Numbered from the stretch's first letter, positions 9,551-19,800 are shown. The stretch is DNA of 64,000 nt from an uncultured Chloroflexia bacterium (GCA_963728205.1 CAVSIV010000001.1:736001-800000), one strand, 5' to 3'. Program-made: numbers and translations. Notes: generated by a model from the sequence alone, not told the origin.

Positions 9551-10318
9551 GTGGCCTACGCACCGTTCGATCTCACCGGCAAGGTCGCCCTCGTCACCGG
9601 CGGCAACAGCGGCATCGGCTTCGGCATGGCCGAGGCGCTCGCACAGGCCGGCGCCTCCGTCTGCGTCTGGGGCACGAACGAGGAGAAGAACGCCGCCGCC
9701 CAGGAGCGGCTCGCGCAGACCGGCGCGAACGTGCTCGCGCTGCGCTGCGACGTCGGCGACGAGGCGGCCGTCGCCGACGCCTTCGCGCAGACGGTGCAGC
9801 ACTTCGGTCGCGTCGACTCCTGCTTCGCGAACGCCGGCATCGGCGGTGGCGCGGCGTTCGTCGACATGACGAGCGAGCAATGGCGCCGCGTCACGCGGGT
9901 CGACCTCGACGGCGTCTTCTTCACCTTCCGCGCCGCCGCGCGGCACATGATCGAGCGCGGGGGTGGCGGCCGGCTGGTCGGCACGTCGAGCGTGTCGGCC
10001 ATCCACGGGGCGGCGCGCAACGAGGCGTATGCGTCGACGAAGGGCGGCATGCTCGCGATGGTGCGCGGGCTCGCCGTCGAGCTGGCGCGCTACGGCGTGA
10101 CCGCGAACAGCATCATCCCCGGGTGGATCGAGACGCCGATGACCGAGCGCAGCTTCGGCAACGACCGCTTCGTGGACGCGGTGCTGCGCCGCGTGCCGGT
10201 GCGCCGCTGGGGCACGGGCGCCGACTTCGGTGGGATCGCCGTGTACCTGGCGAGCGAAGCCAGCGCCTATCACACCGGCGATGAGTTCGTGATCGACGGC
10301 GGCTACACGAGGTTCTAG
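9551..10318 (+). CDS. Short-chain dehydrogenase/reductase
   Basis: TGGNSGIG, NAG and YASTK (YxxxK) motifs. Confidence 0.92.
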   Translation: MAYAPFDLTGKVALVTGGNSGIGFGMAEALAQAGASVCVWGTNEEKNAAAQERLAQTGANVLALRCDVGDEAAVADAFAQTVQHFGRVDSCFANAGIGGGAAFVDMTSEQWRRVTRVDLDGVFFTFRAAARHMIERGGGGRLVGTSSVSAIHGAARNEAYASTKGGMLAMVRGLAVELARYGVTANSIIPGWIETPMTERSFGNDRFVDAVLRRVPVRRWGTGADFGGIAVYLASEASAYHTGDEFVIDGGYTRF

Positions 10319-10383
10319 ACCGTCCGGACGCAGTACCCTGTGCGCAGCTCCCGGCGGCGGGGACAGGCGACCGGGGTCGACGC

Positions 10384-11139
10384 ATGGTCGAGCGGACCGA
10401 GCAGTCCGACGCCGAACAGGGCGAGATCCGCGTCGGCGGGACCACGATCCGCTACGCGGTGGTCCGCAGCCACCGACGCCGTCGCACCATGGAGATCGTG
10501 GTCGACGCGCGCGACGGCGTCCGTGTCTCCGTTCCGCAGTTCACCCCCCGGCACGAGGTCGCGTCGTTCGTCGAACAGCGTGCGCCCTGGATCGCGCGCC
10601 ACGCCGCCGTAGCCCGCGGCTTCGCGCCGCGCGCGTGGGTCAGCGGCGAGACGCTACCGTACGTCGGCGGCCCACTCACGCTGCGCGTCGCGCTCGCCGA
10701 CACGCGCGCCGCCTTCGTCACCCACGACCGCGAGCGCGCCATTTTGCGCGTTGACCTCCCTGACGCGCTCGTGCCGGATGCGCGCGGCGCGGCGGTGCGC
10801 GACGCCGTCCTGCGCTGGTACCGCGCGCGCGCCGAGCGCGTGCTCGTGGCGCGGACGGCGCGCTGGTCCGAGCACCTGCGGCTGTTCCCGCGCCGCGTGA
10901 TCGTGAAGGAGCAGCGGCGCCGCTGGGGCAGCTGCAGTCGCGAGGGCACCATCCGCCTCAACTGGCGCATCGTGATGGCGCCGCCGCCGCTCGTCGACTA
11001 CGTGATCGTCCACGAGCTGATGCACCTGCTGGTGCGCAACCACTCAGCTTCCTTCTGGGCACACGTCGGGCAGGCGCTGCCCGACAGCGAAGCGCGCCGC
11101 GCGCGGCTGCAGGAGCTGGCCGCGGCGTTCGACCTGTAG
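10384..11139 (+). CDS. YgjP-like/M48-family metallopeptidase (DUF45)
   Basis: RRWGSCS, LNWR, DYVIVHELMH..NHS..FW. Confidence 0.88.
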   Translation: MVERTEQSDAEQGEIRVGGTTIRYAVVRSHRRRRTMEIVVDARDGVRVSVPQFTPRHEVASFVEQRAPWIARHAAVARGFAPRAWVSGETLPYVGGPLTLRVALADTRAAFVTHDRERAILRVDLPDALVPDARGAAVRDAVLRWYRARAERVLVARTARWSEHLRLFPRRVIVKEQRRRWGSCSREGTIRLNWRIVMAPPPLVDYVIVHELMHLLVRNHSASFWAHVGQALPDSEARRARLQELAAAFDL

Positions 11140-11160
11140 GGCCGCGCTCCGGCCGTCGCC

Positions 11161-11838
11161 TCAGGCGCCCGGTCGTCGACCCAGCAGCGAGCTCAGCCCG
11201 CGGGTTGCGCGACGCCACGCGCCGCGCGCGCCCGACGGCGGCGACGTGTACGTGTTCCACAGCTCGCCGAGGAAAAAGCGCCCGAACGCGGCGAGCGCGA
11301 GCGCGCCGTCGCCGAGCGAGTCGGCGCCGGTCACGCGCATCGAGGCGGCGAGCCGCGCGAGTCCGTCGGTGCCGAGCGCGAGCACGCCGGCGCCGACAAT
11401 CGGGCCGCTGCGGTCGGTGCCTTCGTGGAGCGTCGCATAGAGGGTCGTCAGGTCCGACCACGCGTCGGGGCCGGCATCGTCGCGGATGTCCATGTGGCCG
11501 GCGAAGAAGTAGGGCGTGCCGCGCGTCGCGAACGCGAGCTCGTAGCTGGCGCGCTTCGTGCCGGGGCGGTCGGGCGACGCGAAGAGGTTGAACGTGCCGC
11601 GGCTCGCGCGCAGATCACGCCCGAGCGGCTCGAAGTCGATCGTGCCGTCGAGCGTGGCGACGTGCTGCGGATCGGCCATGAAACGGCGCACGTCGCCGAT
11701 GGTGATCGTCGCGTGCAGGTCGAGCCGCGTGCGTGCGGCTTCGCCCTGGCGGCGGCCGTCAACAGGATCCGACGCCCCCAGGTGGAAGCCGCCGGAAAGC
11801 GTCTCTCGGAAGGTGATGCCAGGGGTCGCGTCGTTCAC
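11161..11838 (-). CDS. Hypothetical protein resembling the beta-domain fused to some cholesterol oxidase/patatin proteins
   Basis: ITFRETLSG..., [18 protein letters not shown] pattern; family assignment from memory. Confidence 0.6.
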   Translation of the reverse strand: MNDATPGITFRETLSGGFHLGASDPVDGRRQGEAARTRLDLHATITIGDVRRFMADPQHVATLDGTIDFEPLGRDLRASRGTFNLFASPDRPGTKRASYELAFATRGTPYFFAGHMDIRDDAGPDAWSDLTTLYATLHEGTDRSGPIVGAGVLALGTDGLARLAASMRVTGADSLGDGALALAAFGRFFLGELWNTYTSPPSGARGAWRRATRGLSSLLGRRPGA

Positions 11839-12037
11839 GCCGCTGCACTCGCATTCCGGGGCGCGCGGGACGGCGCACACGTTCGTCGCGCGCTCTGCAC
11901 GTCAGGGTAGTCGACACCGCCAGTGGCCCCGCCCCCGGCGGAGGCCGGGTCCGCGAACGTGCATTACGATGGGAGATAGCGCCCCGCGCGCCCGGGCGGC
12001 CTTTCCGGGGCGCGGGCGGCGCGCACAGGAGGTCGCC

Positions 12038-12709
12038 GTGTTTGGACGCAAGTCGCTCAGCATCCCCGCCGCCGAGGAGTCGCTCCCGGGTCGCGCCGAG
12101 CGCATGCCGGTGCCCGAGCGTCACCTCGTGCTCGGCACGCCGCTGACGGGCCCGTGGCCGGAGGGCTCGCGGCTGGCGACCTTCGCGATGGGCTGCTTCT
12201 GGGGCGCCGAGAAGTTCATGTGGCACGTGCCCGGCGTCTACTCGACGTTCGTGGGCTACGCCGGCGGCCACACCCCGAACCCGACCTATGAAGAGGTCTG
12301 CTCCGGTCGCACCGGCCACGCCGAGGTCGCGGTCGTGGTCTACCAGCCGGACCGCGTGGCGTACGACGACCTGCTCAAGGTGTTCTGGGAGAACCACGAC
12401 CCGACGCAGGGCATGCGACAGGGCAACGACGTCGGGACGCAGTACCGCTCGGCGATCTACACGCACGACGAGGAGCAGATGGCCGCGGCTCGGGCATCGC
12501 GCGAGCGCTACCAGGCGTCGCTGGGCGCGCAGGGCTTCGGCGAGATCACGACGGAGATCGAGCCGGCGGGCGCGTTCTACTACGCCGAGCCCTACCACCA
12601 GCAGTACCTCGAGGCGAACCCGTGGGGGTACTGCAACCACGGGTTCTGCCAGGTCGCATACGAGCCGGCAGGCTCCGCCGCCGAAGCCGGCTCGAGCGGC
12701 GCGCGGTAA
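12038..12709 (+). CDS. msrA: Peptide methionine sulfoxide reductase A
   Basis: [35 protein letters not shown]; AGGAGG before the GTG start. Confidence 0.96.
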   Translation: MFGRKSLSIPAAEESLPGRAERMPVPERHLVLGTPLTGPWPEGSRLATFAMGCFWGAEKFMWHVPGVYSTFVGYAGGHTPNPTYEEVCSGRTGHAEVAVVVYQPDRVAYDDLLKVFWENHDPTQGMRQGNDVGTQYRSAIYTHDEEQMAAARASRERYQASLGAQGFGEITTEIEPAGAFYYAEPYHQQYLEANPWGYCNHGFCQVAYEPAGSAAEAGSSGAR

Positions 12710-12851
12710 GGCGGCAGCGACCCCGGCGAGCGCCGGGCTGACCGACCCGTGCTCACGTCAGACGCCACGCATGAGCGATCGGCCGTCGTTTCGGCGTGGG
12801 GCAAGTCGTGGATCGAGCACGCGGCGCCATGTCCCGCGCGCCGGGATCGCA

Positions 12852-13586
12852 TCAGGCGAGAAGTTGTCGCGCGAGATCCGGGAAGTCCACGGCGTTGACG
12901 TCGAAGTCCGGCTGCGGGGAGAGGTCGCCGTCGTTGCCCTCGCCGCGCTCGCCGGGCCGCGGGACGAAGGCGGAGCGCAGGCCGGCCGCCATTGCCGCGC
13001 GCAGATCGCTCGGGTGGGCGGCCACCATCATCGCTTGCTCCGGCCGGATGCCGAGCGCCGCCACGCCCGCGTGGTACGCGGCGGCGTCGGGCTTGTAGTG
13101 GCCGAGGAACTCGCACGACAGGATGCCGTCCCATCCGACGCCGGCGGCCTTGGAGCTGTCCACCGCGATCGACCAGCTCAGCACCGTGAGCACGACGACC
13201 GTGTAGCGCGAGCGCAGCGCCGCGATGGCGTCGGCGGCGTCGGGCCACGCGTTCAGGCGGTGCCAGACGCGGTTGAGGTCGTCGCGGTCGCCGGCCGTGA
13301 GCGCGAGCATCGCGTGCTGCGGCGCGACGTCGTCGAGCGCCATGCGGTGGAGCGCGTCGGCGTTCATCCACGGCAGGTCACCCGAGCGCACGCGCCCCAG
13401 CAGCTCGAACATGCGCCGGCGCCAGTCGTTCGCGAAGCGCGTCGGGTCGACCGCGTCCGCGACGCCGCGGGCGGCGGCGAGCGCCCTCACCTCGTCGCGG
13501 ATCGTGTGATGCCAGTCGAAGACCGTGCCGCCGACGTCGAAGGTGAGCGCGCGGATCTGCGACCGGTCGACGGGCGCAGGGTTCAT
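12852..13586 (-). CDS. HAD superfamily hydrolase, haloacid dehalogenase type II-like
   Basis: FDVGGTVFDW, YKPD, MVAAHPSDL. Confidence 0.88.
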   Translation of the reverse strand: MNPAPVDRSQIRALTFDVGGTVFDWHHTIRDEVRALAAARGVADAVDPTRFANDWRRRMFELLGRVRSGDLPWMNADALHRMALDDVAPQHAMLALTAGDRDDLNRVWHRLNAWPDAADAIAALRSRYTVVVLTVLSWSIAVDSSKAAGVGWDGILSCEFLGHYKPDAAAYHAGVAALGIRPEQAMMVAAHPSDLRAAMAAGLRSAFVPRPGERGEGNDGDLSPQPDFDVNAVDFPDLARQLLA

Positions 13587-13737
13587 GGTGGCGATCCTCT
13601 CGATGCCGCCGGCCGGCGCGGCGCGCAGTGGGGGAGCGAACGGTACTATCCGGCGGCCATGCGCCGCGACACCGCCTCCCTGATCCGGCGCAGCGCCGCC
13701 GCCCGCCGCAGCCCCGCCGCTCCGGGCGAGCCCAACC

Positions 13738-15549
13738 GTGGGTGAGCGCGGCAGGGCCCGCCGCGCGGCGATCGGTGTGCTGGCGCGCCGCTTCCCCGCG
13801 CGCACCGGGGCGCTCGGCGTCCTCAGCGCACTGCAGGGCGCGCTCCCCGCCGGCTTCGCGCTCGCGGTCGGCGCGCTGGTGGGCGCCGTGCCGGTGGCGG
13901 TCGGCGCGGGATTCGACTCGCCGCCCGGGCGGCGGATGGTGGCCGCGCTCGTGGCGATCGCCGTCGTGCTCGTCGCGCAGGAGCTCGCCCGCGTCGCGCA
14001 GCACCTGCTCGCCAACGACCTCTACCGCCGCTTCGACGAGTACCTGACGGGGCGCGTGATGGCCGCGGCGCTCGCCCCGCCGGGGTTGGAGCTGTTCGAC
14101 GATCCGGAGCTCGCCGCCCAGCTCGACCGTGCGGTGCGCGTCGCGCGCTACGGGCCCGGCGAGCTGGTGAGCGGACTCGCGACGAAGTGGGTGCTGCTCG
14201 CCGAGGGCGCGGCGTCATGCGTGCTCGTCGCGCGGACGTGGCCGCTCGCGGCGCTCGGGCTGGCCGCGGCGTGGCTGGCGCTCGGCGCCGCGCTGCTGGC
14301 GTCGTACTACCACGCGAACCCGTTCTGGACAGACCCGCTGCGGCGGGCGCGCTACGTGCAGCGGATCGCGCTGATGCCCGAGTGGGCGAAGGAGGTGCGC
14401 GTCTTCGGGCTCGCGGGCTGGCTCGTCGAACGCTACTCCGAGCGCTGGCGCGAGGTGATGGACGAGCTGTGGCGGTCGCGACGCGCCGACTGGCGGCTCG
14501 TGGCGCCGCTCGCCGCCGTCGTGCTGGCGGTGAACGTCGCGGTCGCGGTGACGGCGGGGCGCGCGGCGGCCGCCGGGAGCATGTCGCTCGCGACGCTCGC
14601 GGTGCTCATGCAGGCGCTGTTCGGCGCCGCGGCGCTGGCGAGTCAGGAGGGCGACGTCTGGATCGAGAACGGCGCCGTGCCGGTGCCCGACGCGCTCGCC
14701 CTCGAGCGTGCGCTCGCGGCGCGGGCCACCGCGGCCGGGGCGCGCCCGGTGGGGGCGCTGGCCTCCGAGACGGTGCGCTTCGAGGGCGTGCGCTTTGCGT
14801 ACCCGGGTCGCGAGACCGCGGTGCTCGACGGCCTCGACCTGGAGATCCGCGGCGGGCAGTCGCTCGCGGTGGTGGGGCTGAACGGGGCCGGCAAGACGAC
14901 GCTGGTGAAGCTGCTGATGGGTCTGCACCGGCCCACCGTCGGCCGCGTGACCGTCGGCGGCGTCGATCTCGCCGCGCTCGACCCGGAGGGCTGGCGCCGC
15001 GCGACCGGCGCGATCTTCCAGGACTTCGCGCGCTACGAGCTGCCGGCGTTCGACAACGTCGTCTTCGGCGCGATCGACCGTCGCGACGACCGCGACGCGC
15101 TTGCGCGCGTGCGCAGCGCGGCCGACCGGGCCGGCGCGCTGGCGTTCCTCGACGCACTGCCTGCGGGGCTCGCGACCCCGCTCTCGCGGCGGTTCGCCGG
15201 CGGTGTCGACCTCTCGGGCGGGCAGTGGCAGCGCGTCGCGCTCGCGCGGGCGTTGATGGCCGTGGAGGGCGGCGCGCGCGTGCTCGTGCTCGACGAGCCC
15301 ACGGCGCAGCTCGACGTGCGCGGCGAGGCCGAGCTGTTCGACCGCTTCCTCGACGTCACGCGCGGCCTGACCAGCGTGCTGATCAGCCACCGCTTCTCGA
15401 CGGTGCGACGCGCCGACCGCATCGTCGTGATCGAGCACGGCCGCGTGGTGGAGCAGGGCACGCACGACGCCCTGGTCGCCGCCGGCGGGCGCTACGCGCG
15501 GCTCTTCCGGCTGCAGGCCGAGCGCTACCGGGACCGGGCTCGTGGCTGA
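13738..15549 (+). CDS. ABC exporter, fused TM + ATPase
   Basis: GLNGAGKTT, LSGGQWQR, LDEPT, SHR; N-terminal hydrophobic helices. Confidence 0.92.
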   Translation: MGERGRARRAAIGVLARRFPARTGALGVLSALQGALPAGFALAVGALVGAVPVAVGAGFDSPPGRRMVAALVAIAVVLVAQELARVAQHLLANDLYRRFDEYLTGRVMAAALAPPGLELFDDPELAAQLDRAVRVARYGPGELVSGLATKWVLLAEGAASCVLVARTWPLAALGLAAAWLALGAALLASYYHANPFWTDPLRRARYVQRIALMPEWAKEVRVFGLAGWLVERYSERWREVMDELWRSRRADWRLVAPLAAVVLAVNVAVAVTAGRAAAAGSMSLATLAVLMQALFGAAALASQEGDVWIENGAVPVPDALALERALAARATAAGARPVGALASETVRFEGVRFAYPGRETAVLDGLDLEIRGGQSLAVVGLNGAGKTTLVKLLMGLHRPTVGRVTVGGVDLAALDPEGWRRATGAIFQDFARYELPAFDNVVFGAIDRRDDRDALARVRSAADRAGALAFLDALPAGLATPLSRRFAGGVDLSGGQWQRVALARALMAVEGGARVLVLDEPTAQLDVRGEAELFDRFLDVTRGLTSVLISHRFSTVRRADRIVVIEHGRVVEQGTHDALVAAGGRYARLFRLQAERYRDRARG

Positions 15550-17347
15550 GCGGGGTCGCGCCATCGGCCGCGTGCGCGCCGCGCACGCCATCCTCGGGCT
15601 CGCGTGGGAGGCCGACCCGCGGCGGGCGCTGCTGACGTGCGCGCTGTTCGCGCTGAACGCACTTGTGACGTCGCTCTTCGCGCTGTGGCTCAAGCTGCTC
15701 GTGGACGCGGTGCGCGCCGGCGACGCGCGCGCCGTGACGGCGGTCGCCGCGGCGATCGGCGTCTCGGTCGCAGGCGGCGCCGCGGTCGGCTTCGTGAGCT
15801 CGCGCGCCCGGATGACGCTGAACGACCGCACGCGCCACGTGCTCGACCGGCGGCTGATGGCGCTGGTCGGCGGCGCGCGCACGCTGGCGCTGCACGAGAC
15901 GCCGGAGCACCTCGCGCAGCTCGAGCTGCTGGAGCAGGAGTCGTGGGAGTTCGGGGAGGTGATCCCGTCGCTGGTCTCCCTGTTCGACACCGCGATCCGC
16001 GCCGCGATCACGGCGGTGCTGTTCGCGCAGGTCGACGCGCGGCTGCTCGTCCTACCGCTGTTCGCGCTGCCGATGCTGCTGCTCAGCCCGCGCACGAGCG
16101 ACCTCTACCGGCGGGGCGCCGACCTCACGGCGGAGCCCGCGCGCCGCGCGACGGCGATGTTCGAGCTGGCCACGCAGCCCGGCCCCGCCAAGGAGGCGCG
16201 GCTCTTTCGGCTGCAGGGCGAGCTGCTCACGCGCTTCCATGACGCGCACGAGGAGGTGCGGCGGGCACAGCGGCGGCTCTACGTGGAGGGCGAGTTCGTC
16301 GCGCTGGCGGCGCGGGCGTTCTTCCTGGCCGGGTACCTCGGGGCGATCGTGTTCGCCGCGCGCGAGGCCGCCGCCGGCCGCGTCACCGCCGGCGACGTCC
16401 TGCTCACCGCGGTGCTCGCCGGCCAGGTGCTGGGGCTCGTCACGTGGTCGGCCGAGCTGCTGCAGCAGACGTTGCGCACGCTGACGGCGGCCGGTCGCTA
16501 CGTCTACCTGGTCGACGTCGCCGAGCGCGAACGGCGGCCCGGGGCGCGCGCGGGGGCGGCGCCGGCGCGGCTGGAGAGCGGGATCCGCCTGGAACACGTC
16601 TCGTTCGGCTATCCCGGCACGACCGCCGAGGTGCTGCACGACGTGACGTTCGCGCTCCCGGCGGGATCGACGGTGGCGATCGTCGGCGAGAACGGCGCGG
16701 GGAAGACGACGCTGATCAAGCTGCTGGCCGCGCTCTACGCGCCGACCGCCGGCCGGATCCTCGTCGACGAGGTCGATCTCGCGACGGTCGACCCCGAGGG
16801 CTGGCGCGCGTGCGTCGCGGCCGGCTTCCAGGACCACGCGCGCTTCGAGTTCCTGGTGCGCGAGGCGGTTGGGCTCGGCGACCTGCCCGCCATCGACGAC
16901 GAGGTCGCGGTGGCGGCCGCGCTCGCGCGCGGCGCGGCGGAGGACGTGCTCGATGGCCTGCCGCGCGGCCTGGGCACGCAGCTGGGACCGAGCTGGCCGG
17001 GAGGCGTCGAGCTGTCGGGCGGGCAGTGGCAGAAGCTCGCGGTGGGCCGCGCCATGATGCGTCGTCATCCGCTGCTGCTGGTGCTGGACGAGCCGGCGGC
17101 CGCGCTCGACCCGCCGACCGAGCACCGCCTCTTCGACCGCTGGGCGGACGCCGCGCGTCGCGACGCCGCGGAGGCATCGACGATCACGGTCTTCGTCTCC
17201 CACCGGCTGTCGACGGTGCTGATGGCCGACCACATCGTGGTGCTCGGCCACGGCCGGGTGGTCGAGCAGGGGACGCACGACGAGCTGATGGCGCGGGACG
17301 GCCTCTATGCCGACCTGTTCGCGCTGCAGGCGCGCGCGTACCGCTGA
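15542..17347 (+). CDS. ABC exporter, fused TM + ATPase (heterodimer partner)
   Basis: GENGAGKTT, LSGGQWQK, LDEP, SHR. Confidence 0.92.
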   Translation: MAERGRAIGRVRAAHAILGLAWEADPRRALLTCALFALNALVTSLFALWLKLLVDAVRAGDARAVTAVAAAIGVSVAGGAAVGFVSSRARMTLNDRTRHVLDRRLMALVGGARTLALHETPEHLAQLELLEQESWEFGEVIPSLVSLFDTAIRAAITAVLFAQVDARLLVLPLFALPMLLLSPRTSDLYRRGADLTAEPARRATAMFELATQPGPAKEARLFRLQGELLTRFHDAHEEVRRAQRRLYVEGEFVALAARAFFLAGYLGAIVFAAREAAAGRVTAGDVLLTAVLAGQVLGLVTWSAELLQQTLRTLTAAGRYVYLVDVAERERRPGARAGAAPARLESGIRLEHVSFGYPGTTAEVLHDVTFALPAGSTVAIVGENGAGKTTLIKLLAALYAPTAGRILVDEVDLATVDPEGWRACVAAGFQDHARFEFLVREAVGLGDLPAIDDEVAVAAALARGAAEDVLDGLPRGLGTQLGPSWPGGVELSGGQWQKLAVGRAMMRRHPLLLVLDEPAAALDPPTEHRLFDRWADAARRDAAEASTITVFVSHRLSTVLMADHIVVLGHGRVVEQGTHDELMARDGLYADLFALQARAYR

Positions 17348-17374
17348 GCGCGCTCGGGCGCCGCGGGCCGTGGT

Positions 17375-17674
17375 TCAGCGGGTGGCTTCGAGGCAGGTCA
17401 CGCCCTCGCCGCCCACGCTCGCCGCGTGAAGGGTGCCCGGCTCGAGGTCGATCCGGTCGCCAGCCCCGAGCTCGAAGTCGCCGTCGTCCGTGTGGAAGAC
17501 GATGTCGCCGCGGAGGCACAGCAGGACCTTGTGGTAGTCGTGGGCATGGGGCGCGTACATGTCGCGCGGGACGTTCGACCACGCATAGGGGGTGAGCCCC
17601 TGCGCGCGGAACCACGCGACCGCCGCGCCGTGGGTGGGCGCTTCCAGGACCTTGGTGCTGAGCGTCGCCGCCAT
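17375..17674 (-). CDS. Cupin domain protein
   Basis: PHAHDY...G.I.F...GD.I..EPGTLH; AGGAG before the ATG. Confidence 0.8.
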   Translation of the reverse strand: MAATLSTKVLEAPTHGAAVAWFRAQGLTPYAWSNVPRDMYAPHAHDYHKVLLCLRGDIVFHTDDGDFELGAGDRIDLEPGTLHAASVGGEGVTCLEATR

Positions 17675-18003
17675 CGTCACTCCTACCGCTGACCTCGGGT
17701 GCCCAGCGTAGCGAGGCGACCGCGTAGGGGCGGAATGCGCGTGATGTGGCTTCGTGATGCGCGCGTGCGGTTTCGGCGGAGACGGGTGCGCCGTCGCCGG
17801 GACGTCCCCGGCTCCGCCGGCGTCCCGTGCCTCCGTCCTGCTCCTCGCTCAGCGCGTCAACGCGGCTGCCCGGCGCCCGTCCTCCCGCCGCGCCACCCGC
17901 CACGACCGGTAGCGCGAAGCTATCTGCCTGCGCTCGCTCCGTGAACGCTGCGCTGGTTCCGGCGAGCGCGTCGCCTGCGGCGACCCGCCGCCACTCCCTC
18001 ACA

Positions 18004-18063
18004 GAAACAGCACCGCAACCGGAAGTTCATCTGCCCGAAACGCGCGAGCAAAGCTCGTGAAAC
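18004..18063 (+). promoter_or_regulatory. GlnR-box-like 11-bp-periodic operator array upstream of amt
   Basis: GAAAC-n6-GCAAC-n6-TTCAT-n6-GAAAC-n6-GCAAA-n6-GAAAC. Confidence 0.55.
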
Positions 18064-18138
18064 CTCACATGCTGAAGATGCGCTGAGGGAAAGCTGAGGC
18101 AGGGCCGCGGCGCGCGGTCCCCGGGGAGGAGAGCTCGC

Positions 18139-19569
18139 TTGGGTGCAGCGATGGGTCGGATGGTGAGGACGCGGCGGTTCTGGCTCGCGCTCGCGCTGTT
18201 GCTGGTCGGGGTGATTCCCCGCGGCATCGCGTGGGCCGATGGTCCGGACCCGACCGGCGCCGCGACGATCGACGTGGCGGCCGATCCGGGCGGCGCGGCG
18301 GTGGTGGCCGTCAACTTCACCTGGACGCTGATCGCGGCGTTCCTCGTGTTCTTCATGCAGGCGGGCTTCGCGCTTCTCGAGGCGGGGGCCACGCGCGCGC
18401 GCAACGCGGGCTCGGTGTTCATGAAGAACTTCATGGACTTCTGCATGGGCGGCCTGGCCTTCTGGGCCTTCGGCTTCGCCATCATGTTCGGCGGGTCGCA
18501 GGCGGCCCCGGGGCTCACCGACGGCAACAGGTTCTTCGGCCTGTCGGGCTTCTTCCTCGGCGGCGGCGCGAACGACGTCACGACGATGATGCTGTGGTTC
18601 TTCCAGCTCGTCTTCGCGGCGACGGCGGCGACGATCGTTTCCGGCGCGATGGCCGAGCGCACGAAGCTCAACGGCTACATGGCGTACAGCTTCCTGATCA
18701 GCGCGGTGGTCTACCCGGTCTACGGCCACTGGGTGTGGGGTGGCGGCTGGCTCGCCACGCTGTCGTTCGGCGCCGGTGCGAAGGATTTCGCGGGCTCCGG
18801 CGTCGTGCACGCGGTCGGCGGCATCGCGGCGCTGGTGGGCGCGGTGATGGTCGGTCCGCGGGTGGGCAAGTTCGGGCCGGACGGCAGGCCGCGGTCCATC
18901 CCGGGCCACAACATGGGCTACATCATCATCGGAACGATGGTCCTGTTCTTCGGCTGGTTCGGGTTCAACCCGGGCAGCACGCTGGCGGCGACGGACCTGC
19001 GCATCTCGGTGATCGCGGTGAACACGTTCCTCGCCGGCATCGCCGGCGGCGTGGTCGCGTACTACGTCCAGTTCATCCGGACGGGGCGCGCCGACATCGC
19101 GGCAACGGCCAGCGGCGCGATCGGCGGGCTCGTCGCCATCACGGCCCCGTGCGCCTACGTGGACACCTGGGCGGCCGTGGTCATCGGGGCAATCGCGGGC
19201 GTGCTGGTCATCGTCGTGGCGGAAACGCTCGAGCGGCGCTTCCACATCGACGACCCGGTGTGGGCGGTCGCGTGCCACGCCGGCGGCGGCCTGTGGGGGC
19301 TGCTCGCCGTGGGCATCTTCGCGAACGGCACGTACGGCGACGTCGGCGGGCTGCTTTCCGGGGACGGCGGCCAGATCGTGGCGCAGGTCATCAGCATGGT
19401 CGCCGTGGTTGCGTGGACCGCCATCACCTCGATCGTCATCTTCGGCTTTATCCGGGCCACGATGGGGCTCCGGGTCTCCGAGGCCGACGAGGTGGTGGGG
19501 GTCGATGCCAGCGAGTTCACGCAGCCGGGCTACGTCTTCGCGGCCGAGGAGATCGCGGCCGCCAGCTAG
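18139..19569 (+). CDS. amtB: Ammonium transporter (Amt family)
   Basis: FMQAGF..LEAG, FQLVFA, SGAMAER, HWVWGGG, DFAGSGVVH, WFGFNPGS, DDP...CH; N-terminal signal-peptide-like segment. Confidence 0.95.
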   Translation: MGAAMGRMVRTRRFWLALALLLVGVIPRGIAWADGPDPTGAATIDVAADPGGAAVVAVNFTWTLIAAFLVFFMQAGFALLEAGATRARNAGSVFMKNFMDFCMGGLAFWAFGFAIMFGGSQAAPGLTDGNRFFGLSGFFLGGGANDVTTMMLWFFQLVFAATAATIVSGAMAERTKLNGYMAYSFLISAVVYPVYGHWVWGGGWLATLSFGAGAKDFAGSGVVHAVGGIAALVGAVMVGPRVGKFGPDGRPRSIPGHNMGYIIIGTMVLFFGWFGFNPGSTLAATDLRISVIAVNTFLAGIAGGVVAYYVQFIRTGRADIAATASGAIGGLVAITAPCAYVDTWAAVVIGAIAGVLVIVVAETLERRFHIDDPVWAVACHAGGGLWGLLAVGIFANGTYGDVGGLLSGDGGQIVAQVISMVAVVAWTAITSIVIFGFIRATMGLRVSEADEVVGVDASEFTQPGYVFAAEEIAAAS

Positions 19570-19623
19570 CGGACGGGCAACACCAGGAGGGCCGCCGGGC
19601 CCGTGCATGGAGGGATCGAGATC

Positions 19624-19734
19624 ATGGTCATCGTCGCAGCGCTCGCGTTTGTCGCGCTGTTCGGGGTCTTCGTCGTGCTGCCGACGCAGGTGCAGAAGTA
19701 CCACGAGCGCCGCGCGGAAGCCGAGCAGGAGTAG
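19624..19734 (+). CDS. Putative 36-aa single-pass membrane protein (MVIVAALAFVALFGVFVVLPTQVQKYHERRAEAEQE)
   Basis: GGAGG 10 nt upstream (in-frame GTG at 19603 follows AGGAGG); GC3-rich codons; one TM helix plus charged tail; lies before a terminator-like hairpin. Confidence 0.65.
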   Translation: MVIVAALAFVALFGVFVVLPTQVQKYHERRAEAEQE

Positions 19735-19768
19735 CGACCCGCCGGCGCCTCCCGGGCGAACGAGACGC

Positions 19769-19800
19769 GAGGCGCCCCCGGCCACGGGGGCGCCTCTGTG
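19769..19800 (+). terminator. GC hairpin, probable terminator of the amt unit
   Basis: GAGGCGCCCCCG-GCCA-CGGGGGCGCCTC followed by TGTG (weak U tract). Confidence 0.5.

Noticed and set aside
13738-17347. RiPP or bacteriocin export locus
   Set aside because: No precursor peptide, peptidase domain or modifying enzyme is nearby; it looks like an ordinary heterodimeric ABC exporter
17990-18130. Glutamine (glnA) riboswitch upstream of amt
   Set aside because: No convincing stems or conserved core; the 11-bp periodicity fits a DNA operator better
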